From an uncultured SAR86 cluster bacterium (lineage in GTDB: Bacteria; Pseudomonadota; Gammaproteobacteria; Magnimaribacterales; AG-339-G14): 64,000 bases of DNA. The DNA lies in assembly GCA_902529935.1 (NCBI GenBank), contig CABZYK010000004.1:66674-130673 (forward strand), in the 5' to 3' direction. Both the position numbers and the translations under genes were made by a program. Positions 26,438 through 34,308 of this stretch are shown one piece after another. The notes beneath the pieces were generated by a model. That model did not search any database. It was not told the origin of the DNA and worked only from the letters and a program-made list of their open reading frames with translations. The number at the start of each line of letters is the position of its first letter. Position 1 is the stretch's first letter.

Positions 26438-27391
26438 CTAAAATTTATTTTCATTTATAAGTTTATCTTTTTTGTGCCATATTTCATTGAGCCAATCTTT
26501 AAATTCTTTTCTTAGTCCATCATTTTCATGAAGTTGGTTATTTTTGAATTTATCAGGAATATCCAATGACTGCACAAATATTCGCGCATTGCTCATATTT
26601 CCCCTCAAGAAATCCCAAAAGCTCCTCTTTTTTGATTCGTAAATAATTGTGAAGTCAATAATCTTATCGAGTCTTGGCATTGTTGATATTGCTGCAGCCA
26701 ATCCTCCTTCTTTGGGTTTGAGTAGATTATTGAAGGGACTGTTCTGATCTTTATGCTTTTGTTCCGTGAATCTTGTACCTTCGGTAAAACTAAAAACAGA
26801 GATCGGATAAAGACTATACTTTTCAAATGATCTTTTCATGGATGCAAAATCTTTGCCTCTAAGAGAAGGATTTCTTTCTAGCTGATCTCTTGTGTATCTT
26901 TTTAGAAATGGCATATCCAATGCCCACCAACATATTCCGATAACAGGAACATAAATAAGGATAAATTTCATAAAAAATTTAAGCATAGGAACTTTTCTAT
27001 TTGTAATCATTTGGACAATAAATATATCAGCCCAGGATTGATGATTAGATAACGATAGATACCAGGATCTTTTATCCATTTCCTCAAAGCCTTCAACGGT
27101 CCATCTAGGTTTTAGAATAAACTGAATCCAAAGGTTGTTAATATCTATCCATAATTCACCAACTTTGATTATGAAACGCGTTAGAAGAAGCTTTAAGGAT
27201 TGAATTGGGAGAATAATCTTAATAATTCCCGCAAAGATTAAGAAAATTGAGAGAGTAGCTGTGTTAATGCATAAAAGAAGAAAACAAAATGCGGCTTTAA
27301 TATGTGAAATCTTACCCTCCCTTTTCTTTCCTCTTAATTTTTTCCCACATAGCCGTCTGTTCCTCTTTGGTATGTTTTTTACTTTTATCAA
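26438..27391 (-). CDS. yihG: YihG-type acyltransferase (lysophospholipid acyltransferase family). The 5-prime end is uncertain
   Basis: 317 aa as tracked. It is collinear from memory with E. coli YihG (WYLSLSNHQSWADIF = HX4D-type motif; WALDMPFLKRY; FTEGTRFT). The first 27 codons overlap mazG by 80 nt and are Lys/Arg-rich. The real start may be non-canonical, near 27310 (see findings). Confidence 0.8.
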   Translation of the reverse strand: MIKVKNIPKRNRRLCGKKLRGKKREGKISHIKAAFCFLLLCINTATLSIFLIFAGIIKIILPIQSLKLLLTRFIIKVGELWIDINNLWIQFILKPRWTVEGFEEMDKRSWYLSLSNHQSWADIFIVQMITNRKVPMLKFFMKFILIYVPVIGICWWALDMPFLKRYTRDQLERNPSLRGKDFASMKRSFEKYSLYPISVFSFTEGTRFTEQKHKDQNSPFNNLLKPKEGGLAAAISTMPRLDKIIDFTIIYESKKRSFWDFLRGNMSNARIFVQSLDIPDKFKNNQLHENDGLRKEFKDWLNEIWHKKDKLINENKF

Positions 27392-27701
27392 AAACGTAAG
27401 GATGCCTCCTGATTAACTTTTCTTTTAAATTCTCAACTACATCAAAGAAGTCAAATTCCTTATTTTCATATGCTATCTGAGAATGAAAAATTACTTGAAG
27501 AAGGACATCTCCAAGTTCTTCCTTAATATTATCTGAGTTTCTGGACTCAATAGCTTCTATTAATTCCTGCGATTCTTCTTCAAGGTATGGGATAAGAGAG
27601 GTATGATTTTGTTCAAGATCCCAAGCACATCCCCTAACAGGATCTCTAAGTTGTTTCATGACTTCCAAGAGATGACTTACATCTTCTATGTTTGCCATCA
27701 A
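27312..27701 (-). CDS. mazG: MazG-type nucleoside triphosphate pyrophosphohydrolase (single domain)
   Basis: 129 aa. Contains RGCAWDLEQNHTSLIPYLEEESQELIEAIE and EELGDVLLQV (EEXXE/D metal motifs). The start overlaps the upstream ACAD stop (ATGA). Confidence 0.85.
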   Translation of the reverse strand: MMANIEDVSHLLEVMKQLRDPVRGCAWDLEQNHTSLIPYLEEESQELIEAIESRNSDNIKEELGDVLLQVIFHSQIAYENKEFDFFDVVENLKEKLIRRHPYVFDKSKKHTKEEQTAMWEKIKRKEKGG

Positions 27702-28819
27702 TAACCTGTCAATTCTGCGTATCTATCTTTATGAAATTGAACGTTACCGAATATCTGCTCTGCTACTCTTGCTCTCTTTAGATAAAAACCAATATCGTAT
27801 TCATCCGTTACACCTATACCGCCATGCATTTGCACGGCTTCATTAGATACTAAATGAAATACCTCGCCTATTTTTGCCTTAGCCAAACTAGCTAATCTAG
27901 ATTTATCGTTTGAACCTTCATCAAATGACGTTAAGGATTCCAGTACACATGATTTACATAGCTCAATTTCACTGAACATTATCGCAGCTCTGTGCTGTAA
28001 TGCTTGAAAGGATCCTATCTTTGCCCCGAATTGATCTCTTTCTTTTAAGTAATTCAATGTTACGTCAAAAGCCTCTTGGATTCCTCCAAACATCTCTGCA
28101 GAAATCACCGATCTTGAGATATCTAATACTTCTTCGATAATTTGATCTGAGCCATTTTCTTCGCCAATCATTTCAAATGAAGAGAGCTTTAAATCTTTAA
28201 ATGAAATATTGGCAGCATTTCTTGAGTCCACCATGGGGGTTACTTTAATATCAATGCCCTTAGCATCTTTATTGGTAATGAAAAGAGAAGTACCTTTACC
28301 AGTATCAGCAGCAATTATTAAAAAGTCAGCAAAACCGCCATCAAGAACAAATGTTTTTTGTCCATTTATAATGTATGAATCCCCATCCTTTTTTGCAGTT
28401 GTTTCAATGTTAGTAGGAGAGTGTCTGCTTGATTCTTCAAGAGCAAAAGCAAGCGTTATATCTCCAGATGCTATTTTAGTTAAATACTCTTTTTTATGAT
28501 CTTCATTCCCAGCTTTTTTGATTAAGCTTGCACAAACAACAGCAGAAGAAAACATTGGAGAGGGAGTTAAAGTTCTGCCGAGCTCTTCAAAAATAACTCC
28601 TATTCCGGCAACTCCAAAATCTGAACCGCCATATTCTTCCGGAACTAGTATTCCCGTCCAACCCAGGTTGGCCATTTCCTTCCATATTTCACGATCAAAG
28701 CATTCAGGATTTTCGGAGTCTCTAACACCTCTGAAGTGACTAACCGGAGTTTTGTTTTTTGCAAAATCTCTAGCGGTATCTTTCAGATAAGATTGTTCCT
28801 CATTTAGTACAAGTGACAT
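27698..28819 (-). CDS. acyl-CoA dehydrogenase family protein lacking the canonical C-terminal catalytic Glu
   Basis: 373 aa with an ACAD fold (YGGSDFG, QMHGGIGVTDEYD). At the position of the usual YEGT motif it reads IFGN. Confidence 0.9.
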   Translation of the reverse strand: MSLVLNEEQSYLKDTARDFAKNKTPVSHFRGVRDSENPECFDREIWKEMANLGWTGILVPEEYGGSDFGVAGIGVIFEELGRTLTPSPMFSSAVVCASLIKKAGNEDHKKEYLTKIASGDITLAFALEESSRHSPTNIETTAKKDGDSYIINGQKTFVLDGGFADFLIIAADTGKGTSLFITNKDAKGIDIKVTPMVDSRNAANISFKDLKLSSFEMIGEENGSDQIIEEVLDISRSVISAEMFGGIQEAFDVTLNYLKERDQFGAKIGSFQALQHRAAIMFSEIELCKSCVLESLTSFDEGSNDKSRLASLAKAKIGEVFHLVSNEAVQMHGGIGVTDEYDIGFYLKRARVAEQIFGNVQFHKDRYAELTGY

Positions 28820-28839
28820 TTTTCCCCCTAAACAGTATT

Positions 28840-30060
28840 TTATTGCGGAAGTTCTAAAACTCTCTTAGAAATAACGTTTAATTGTACTTCTGAGGTCCCG
28901 CCTTCTATAGAGTTAGCCTTAGTTCTTAGCCATTCCCTTGTGATAGCAAGTTCTTCAGGACCAAATTCAGCACCATCCCAACCTAAAGCTTTAGTTCCCA
29001 TAGCTTCAAGCATAATTTCATATCTAAGCTTATTATGCTCTGTTCCATAGTATTTAAAGATCGATGAGGCAGCGCTTGGGCCCTGATTAGATTTTTTTGA
29101 CTCTTCAGCTGCTCTTCTTAAAGTAAGTGCAAAAGCTTGAGAATTCATATCGTGATCGATGATTTTATTTCTGAGACCAGAATCATTGAGTTTTGTTTCC
29201 TTTTCACCAACGTATCTCTTAGCCATTGTTGCCAACCCAGAAGTAGGTTTAACATCTGACTTTTTAGATGACCCTGAAGCTGCTGAACCAAAACCCATGC
29301 CTGCAATCATATTTCTCTCAAACTGAAGCAATCTTTTAGCCACAGACCATCCTTTGTTCAAACCTCCTACAAGATTTTCTTTTGGAGCAGTAGCATTATC
29401 AAAGAAAGTTTCACAAAAAGGAGATTTTCCAGATATAAGTTTGATTGGTTTTGTAGTTACACCTTCTTGATCCATATCTATAAGAAGAAAGCTTATTCCT
29501 TCATGTTTTGGCTCTAATGGACCTGTTCTTACAAGAGTAAAAATCATATCGCATTCATCTGCATATGATGTCCAAACTTTTTGACCATTAATTAAGTATT
29601 CCTTCCCTTGATCTTCGGCTTTTGTTTTAAGGCTTGCTAAATCGGAACCGCTACCTGGTTCGCTGTAACCCTGACACCATCTTATTTCTCCTTTAACTAT
29701 TTTTGGAATATGTTCCATTTTTTGTTCTTCTGTTCCATACTCAAGTAGAGCTGGGCCTAACATCCAGATACCAAAACTATTAAGGGCGGGCCTTGCTTTA
29801 ATTCTCATCAATTCTTCTTGAAGAACTTTATTTTCTTCAAAATTTAGTCCACCACCACCATATTCTTTGGGCCAAGTAGGGCAGGTCCATCCTTTTTCAC
29901 CCATTCTATCCATCCAAATTTTTTGATCAGGATCTTTGAATTCAACTTTTCGTCCACCCCAAACAACATCGCCCTGAGACATAGGTGTTCTCATTGATTC
30001 GGGACAATTTGCTTCTAACCAATCCCTTGTTTCATTTCTAAAAGCATTTAAATCTGACAT
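28840..30060 (-). CDS. acyl-CoA dehydrogenase family protein (canonical catalytic Glu present)
   Basis: I start it at ATG 30060 (MSDLNAFRNE...), which is preceded by AGAGG. The tracked ORF begins 8 codons earlier. Contains QGYSEPGSGSDLASL and the C-terminal SIEGGTSEVQ. Confidence 0.9.
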   Translation of the reverse strand: MSDLNAFRNETRDWLEANCPESMRTPMSQGDVVWGGRKVEFKDPDQKIWMDRMGEKGWTCPTWPKEYGGGGLNFEENKVLQEELMRIKARPALNSFGIWMLGPALLEYGTEEQKMEHIPKIVKGEIRWCQGYSEPGSGSDLASLKTKAEDQGKEYLINGQKVWTSYADECDMIFTLVRTGPLEPKHEGISFLLIDMDQEGVTTKPIKLISGKSPFCETFFDNATAPKENLVGGLNKGWSVAKRLLQFERNMIAGMGFGSAASGSSKKSDVKPTSGLATMAKRYVGEKETKLNDSGLRNKIIDHDMNSQAFALTLRRAAEESKKSNQGPSAASSIFKYYGTEHNKLRYEIMLEAMGTKALGWDGAEFGPEELAITREWLRTKANSIEGGTSEVQLNVISKRVLELPQ

Positions 30061-30129
30061 AAGTACCTCTTTTTTTATGTACAAACACTAAGAATAATCT
30101 ATGCTACGCAAGCTAACAATAATAAGTTT

Positions 30130-30864
30130 ATGAATTTTTTTTCATTTCTTACTGAAAACCCAGAATTATTATGGGCTTTTACAGTATTTTATGATTTATC
30201 TATAACGGTTGTTTTATATAAATTATTTGGCCTAAGAGGCTTGTACATTGCAGTAACACTCGGAATAATGCTCGCCAATCTTCAGGGCGGGAAGGTAAGT
30301 GATCTAAATATCTTGGGCCAAACCTTTACTGTAAGCATGGGAGCCATAATGTACTCAGGTATTTATTTTGCTACGGATTTAATAAGCGAAAAGTATGGGA
30401 GAAAAGAAGCAAATACAGCCGTTATATTAGGTGCGATTTCAAATATAGTGATTATGTTTACTCTTGTTTTAAGCACCTACTATCTTCCTTCTCAAATCGC
30501 CTCATCTTCTAATTCTGTTCATCAAGCAATTGAAACCTTGGCACTATATTCTCCCATTTTTGTTATTGGCTCCATCTCTGCTTATCTAGTCAGTCAAACT
30601 TTCGATGTGTGGTTATTTAATAAAATTAAGGACATTACAGATGGAAAGTATTTATGGTTGAGAAATAATCTCTCAACTTTATCGTCCCAGGCATTAGACA
30701 CATTCATTTATACTTTCGTTTGGGTAATAGCTGGAGAGTTATCATTTGTTGTTGCTCTTTCGATAGCATTAACTAAATATGTTTTTAAGGTCATAATTGC
30801 TTTACTAGATACAGTATTTATTTACTTTGTAAGAAATTGGACTCCGTCTTATGAAAAAAATTAA
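30130..30864 (+). CDS. yhhQ: queuosine-precursor transporter, YhhQ/VUT family
   Basis: 244 aa and polytopic. Has the motifs FATDLISEKYG and SQTFDVWLF...LWLRNNLSTLSSQALDTFIY. Confidence 0.85.
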   Translation: MNFFSFLTENPELLWAFTVFYDLSITVVLYKLFGLRGLYIAVTLGIMLANLQGGKVSDLNILGQTFTVSMGAIMYSGIYFATDLISEKYGRKEANTAVILGAISNIVIMFTLVLSTYYLPSQIASSSNSVHQAIETLALYSPIFVIGSISAYLVSQTFDVWLFNKIKDITDGKYLWLRNNLSTLSSQALDTFIYTFVWVIAGELSFVVALSIALTKYVFKVIIALLDTVFIYFVRNWTPSYEKN

Positions 30865-31702
30865 AAAGATAGCAATTGTTTTCTCAGGAACAAGAAAAAC
30901 TGACAAAGTCTTATCCGAAGCTAAAGAAATAATTCTTCGAGCTAATTCAGAGTTGGTTTGCTCAGTCAATGTCAATAAAATCAGAGCCGCAGATAAAAAT
31001 AAAATCTCAAAAGCAGATTTAATTTTAGTTTTTGGCGGAGATGGAACTATGATTGGTTCTGTGAGAAGTCTTTACTCTTTGAATATCCCATTTCTCGGAG
31101 TTAATTCCGGAACTGTTGGGTTCTTAACTGATTTATCAATTAGTAAAATAACTAGTTTAACTGACATACTGAAAGGTCAATACATAAAAGAAAATCGATC
31201 AATTTTTGAGGCATCAACCTCATCAAATCGAAAAGAAATTTTCTTAAATGAAGTTGTTATTCATTCTGGATCAGTAACAAAAATGATTGAATTTGAGTTA
31301 AGCATAAAGAATCAAGTGATTTACAACCTAAAAGCTGATGGCATTATTATATCCTCAAGCACAGGCTCAACTGCTTACTCTTACTCTGGTGGAGGACCAA
31401 TTATTTCACCAAAATTAGACGCTTTATCTTTATTACCTATGTTTTCACATAGTTCTTCCTCTCACAGTCTATTATTATCAAATAAAGAAGAGGTTACTGT
31501 AAAAATTAAGAATAAAAAAACAGATAGCATTCAAATTTTCATGGATGGCAAAAAAAATCTTAGGTATTCAAAAAAAGGACTAAAAATAACCAGCACTAAA
31601 AAAACTTTTAAACTTTATCATCCGAAAGACTATAATTACTTCGAAGCGTGCAGAACAAAGCTAGGCTGGGCTTTACCTATTGAGAAATATAAAGATGATT
31701 AG
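30851..31702 (+). CDS. nadK: NAD(+) kinase
   Basis: 283 aa. Contains LILVFGGDGTM, GVNSGTVGFL and ADGIIISSSTGSTAYSYSGGGPI. Confidence 0.9.
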   Translation: MKKIKKIAIVFSGTRKTDKVLSEAKEIILRANSELVCSVNVNKIRAADKNKISKADLILVFGGDGTMIGSVRSLYSLNIPFLGVNSGTVGFLTDLSISKITSLTDILKGQYIKENRSIFEASTSSNRKEIFLNEVVIHSGSVTKMIEFELSIKNQVIYNLKADGIIISSSTGSTAYSYSGGGPIISPKLDALSLLPMFSHSSSSHSLLLSNKEEVTVKIKNKKTDSIQIFMDGKKNLRYSKKGLKITSTKKTFKLYHPKDYNYFEACRTKLGWALPIEKYKDD

Positions 31703-34286
31703 AGCAAAAAGTTCAAATTTATTTGTTCTCTTTTTGTGCTTTCTATTAAGTTCTAACGTTTTAATGTCTCAAACTCAGGAAGATCTAGAATTCCTTAATC
31801 TTCTTCCAAACAATCAGGCAATGTCTATTGCTGAGAAACTTGGCGTTCAAACTGGAAAACCTATTTCAGATGAGGTTGTAATGGATACATTCGATCCGCC
31901 TCAGTTTTCAAGCACCGAAGCCAAAAATTTAGATGAAACTAATATAGATGAAAATGAAAAAGGATTATCAATATTTGGAATGAATTTATTCAAAGATTCT
32001 CCAACTACTTTTGCTCCAATTGATTTAGCACCAGCTCCAAAAGAATATGTTATTGGACCTGGAGATGAACTACGTATTCAGCTATTCGGAACGATAAACA
32101 TAAATAGAGTCATACCAGTTAACAGAGAAGGAAATGTTGTAATCCCGGAAGTCGGAGTGATTTATGTATCTGGTTTACTATTTGGAGAAGTTATCGATAA
32201 AATTAAATCAACGATTGATTCAACTCTAATTGGAGTTAATTCTGAAGTATCTTTATCAAAAATTAGATCTATCCAGGTTTTTGTTCTAGGAAATTCTTTT
32301 AGTCCAGGGGCTTATACTGTGAGCTCTCTTTCAAATATTTCAAATATTCTATTTGTATCAGGTGGACCGGATAAAAATGGAACTTTGAGAAATATAAAAA
32401 TAAAAAGATCTGGAAAAGAAATTAGCTCTTTCGATTTTTATGATCTACTAGTGAACGGAATAGTTAGTTCTGATATTAGACTCCAGTCAAATGATGCGAT
32501 TGTCATAGAGCCAATCGGAAAGAGAGTAAAACTTTTTGGATCAGTTAAAAAAGAAGCCTTTTATGAGCTAAAAGAAGAAGAAAATTTCAGTGATTTATTG
32601 AATTTTGCTTCAGGGTTTACGAATATTGCTGACAAACAAAGAATCACAATCAGCACCTTAAAAGAAAATGGAGAACGATACTTTGCAAATTATAAATATG
32701 AAGATCTTGAATCAATAAAACTTTATGATGGTGATGAAGTTTTTGTGCACAAGCTATCAAATACTCCTCGCAATATAATTAGGATTATTGGAGAACTAGC
32801 ATCCTCTGGATCAGTTGCATATGAAGAAGGCTTAACTATCTCTGACGTTATCAAATCTGAGTCATTTTTAGAAACCACTTATACACCATTTGCGATAATT
32901 GAAAGAGAAAATTCTTTTGGCTCAAAGAGTTTACTCAAAGCAAATCTATTATCAATAAATCAAAATGAGATAAGTTTGAGACCCAACGACATTATTTATG
33001 TTTTATCAAGAAAGGACATTAATTTTTTAAATTCAATACTTGTAGCCGATGCTTTGAATTTACTTAAAAAGAAAGATTCCAATCTTTTATCTAATTATTT
33101 CAATTCTAGAAATCTAGATAGATTTCAATGTAAATCCCTTCAAATTCTAGCTAAACATTCCGCTTCTTCATCTATAAAATTTGTAAGTTCAAAATACTTA
33201 CCAAACCCCAATTTAAATCCAATAGATCAGCTTGAGTTTGTTGATGAGTGCCCGTCTATATTTGAGTCAAAACCTTATTTAATAATTTTTACTTTAGAAA
33301 ATTCCTCTGTTATCTCTGGAGAAGTCAGAAATCCAGGTATTTATCCATCATATAAAGTTTTCTCTGCAAAAAACTTGCTATCTTTTGCTGGAGGATCTAC
33401 GGAGAAATCATCTGGAATGATGGATATTTTTACAGATGAAGGTAAATCCATAAAAATTGACATTTCAGATGATGAAGCTTTACAAGCCATAGGTATCAAA
33501 TCTAGCTTCTATGCAAATTTAGCTGCAAAATCAAACAAAGAAATATTTTCTGTTTCTTTAGAGGGCGCCTTTGTTAGCCCAGGAATTTATGGAGTACAAC
33601 AAGGCGAGAGACTTTCAGATGTTATTAAAAGGGCAGGAGGTTATAAGGACAACGCATATACTTATGGAGGAATATTGGCTAGAAAGTCAGTGGCAGAAAA
33701 AGAAAAACTTGCTTTTATGAGGTCTGCAGATCAATTAGAGCAGTCTATTGCAACTGCCATTTCAAGCGGAAGAATATCCTCTGTTGGTGGTGATCCAACC
33801 CTTGCATTAACATCCATTTCAAATCTTATATCTAACTTACAAGATATTGAGCCAGTAGGTAGGGTTGTAACTGAATTTGATTTTGATCTTCTCGAAAGGT
33901 CTCCTGAGAAAGACCTCCTCCTTGAGCCAGGAGATAGAATATTTATACCTGAAAGATCTTCAACAATAACTGTATCTGGTCAAGTATTGTCTCCAACTAG
34001 TTTTAGTTTTGATCCGACATATAAAGTCAAAAATTATATTGATCTTGCAGGAGGGTATTCTGAAGAAGCAGATAGAAATAGAACTCTTGTAATCTATCCA
34101 AACGGAATGGCTTCAAGAGTGAGAACATGGCCCAATTCTCCGGATCTTGCCCCAGGAACAACACTCGTGGTGCCAAGAGATCCAAATCCTTTTGACTGGT
34201 TAGTTTTTTCTCAAGTATTGTTCCCAATTATTTCTAATTTTGCGACAAGCGCCGCAGCTATAGCTGCTTTGGGAAACAACAATTAA
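31695..34286 (+). CDS. large outer-membrane polysaccharide export (OPX/Wza-like) protein with a Poly_export domain and at least five SLBB repeats
   Basis: I start it at ATG 31695 (MIRAKSSNLFVLFLCFLLSSNVLMS signal). Has the Poly_export motif YVIGPGDELRIQLFG..., repeated SLBB-like units (VFVLGNSFSPGAYTV, GEVRNPGIYPS, LEGAFVSPGIYGV, VSGQVLSPTSFSF), and a hydrophobic C-terminal helix. Confidence 0.85.
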   Translation: MIRAKSSNLFVLFLCFLLSSNVLMSQTQEDLEFLNLLPNNQAMSIAEKLGVQTGKPISDEVVMDTFDPPQFSSTEAKNLDETNIDENEKGLSIFGMNLFKDSPTTFAPIDLAPAPKEYVIGPGDELRIQLFGTININRVIPVNREGNVVIPEVGVIYVSGLLFGEVIDKIKSTIDSTLIGVNSEVSLSKIRSIQVFVLGNSFSPGAYTVSSLSNISNILFVSGGPDKNGTLRNIKIKRSGKEISSFDFYDLLVNGIVSSDIRLQSNDAIVIEPIGKRVKLFGSVKKEAFYELKEEENFSDLLNFASGFTNIADKQRITISTLKENGERYFANYKYEDLESIKLYDGDEVFVHKLSNTPRNIIRIIGELASSGSVAYEEGLTISDVIKSESFLETTYTPFAIIERENSFGSKSLLKANLLSINQNEISLRPNDIIYVLSRKDINFLNSILVADALNLLKKKDSNLLSNYFNSRNLDRFQCKSLQILAKHSASSSIKFVSSKYLPNPNLNPIDQLEFVDECPSIFESKPYLIIFTLENSSVISGEVRNPGIYPSYKVFSAKNLLSFAGGSTEKSSGMMDIFTDEGKSIKIDISDDEALQAIGIKSSFYANLAAKSNKEIFSVSLEGAFVSPGIYGVQQGERLSDVIKRAGGYKDNAYTYGGILARKSVAEKEKLAFMRSADQLEQSIATAISSGRISSVGGDPTLALTSISNLISNLQDIEPVGRVVTEFDFDLLERSPEKDLLLEPGDRIFIPERSSTITVSGQVLSPTSFSFDPTYKVKNYIDLAGGYSEEADRNRTLVIYPNGMASRVRTWPNSPDLAPGTTLVVPRDPNPFDWLVFSQVLFPIISNFATSAAAIAALGNNN

Positions 34287-34308
34287 AACTAAATATTTAA
34301 TCTTAGTA

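Noticed and set aside
30061-30084. Eight-codon N-terminal extension (MYIKKEVL) of the 414-aa ACAD, and the similar 17-codon extension of the HAD hydrolase (47496..47546)
   Set aside because: The downstream ATGs (30060 and 47495) are better placed. The ACAD ATG is preceded by AGAGG. The HAD extension would run to the first base of the divergent aroC start codon (1-nt overlap at 47546) and adds non-conserved residues before the DxG HAD motif.
30061-30129. Possible preQ1 riboswitch upstream of the YhhQ queuosine-precursor transporter
   Set aside because: YhhQ/QueT genes often carry preQ1-I riboswitches, and the A-rich tail UAACAAUAAUAAG resembles the 3-prime tail of that class. I can fold only a 3-bp P1 (GCU-ACGCA-AGC), and the conserved loop nucleotides are not evident. 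The 69-nt spacer must also hold two divergent promoters. A covariance-model scan (Rfam preQ1-I/II/III) would settle it.
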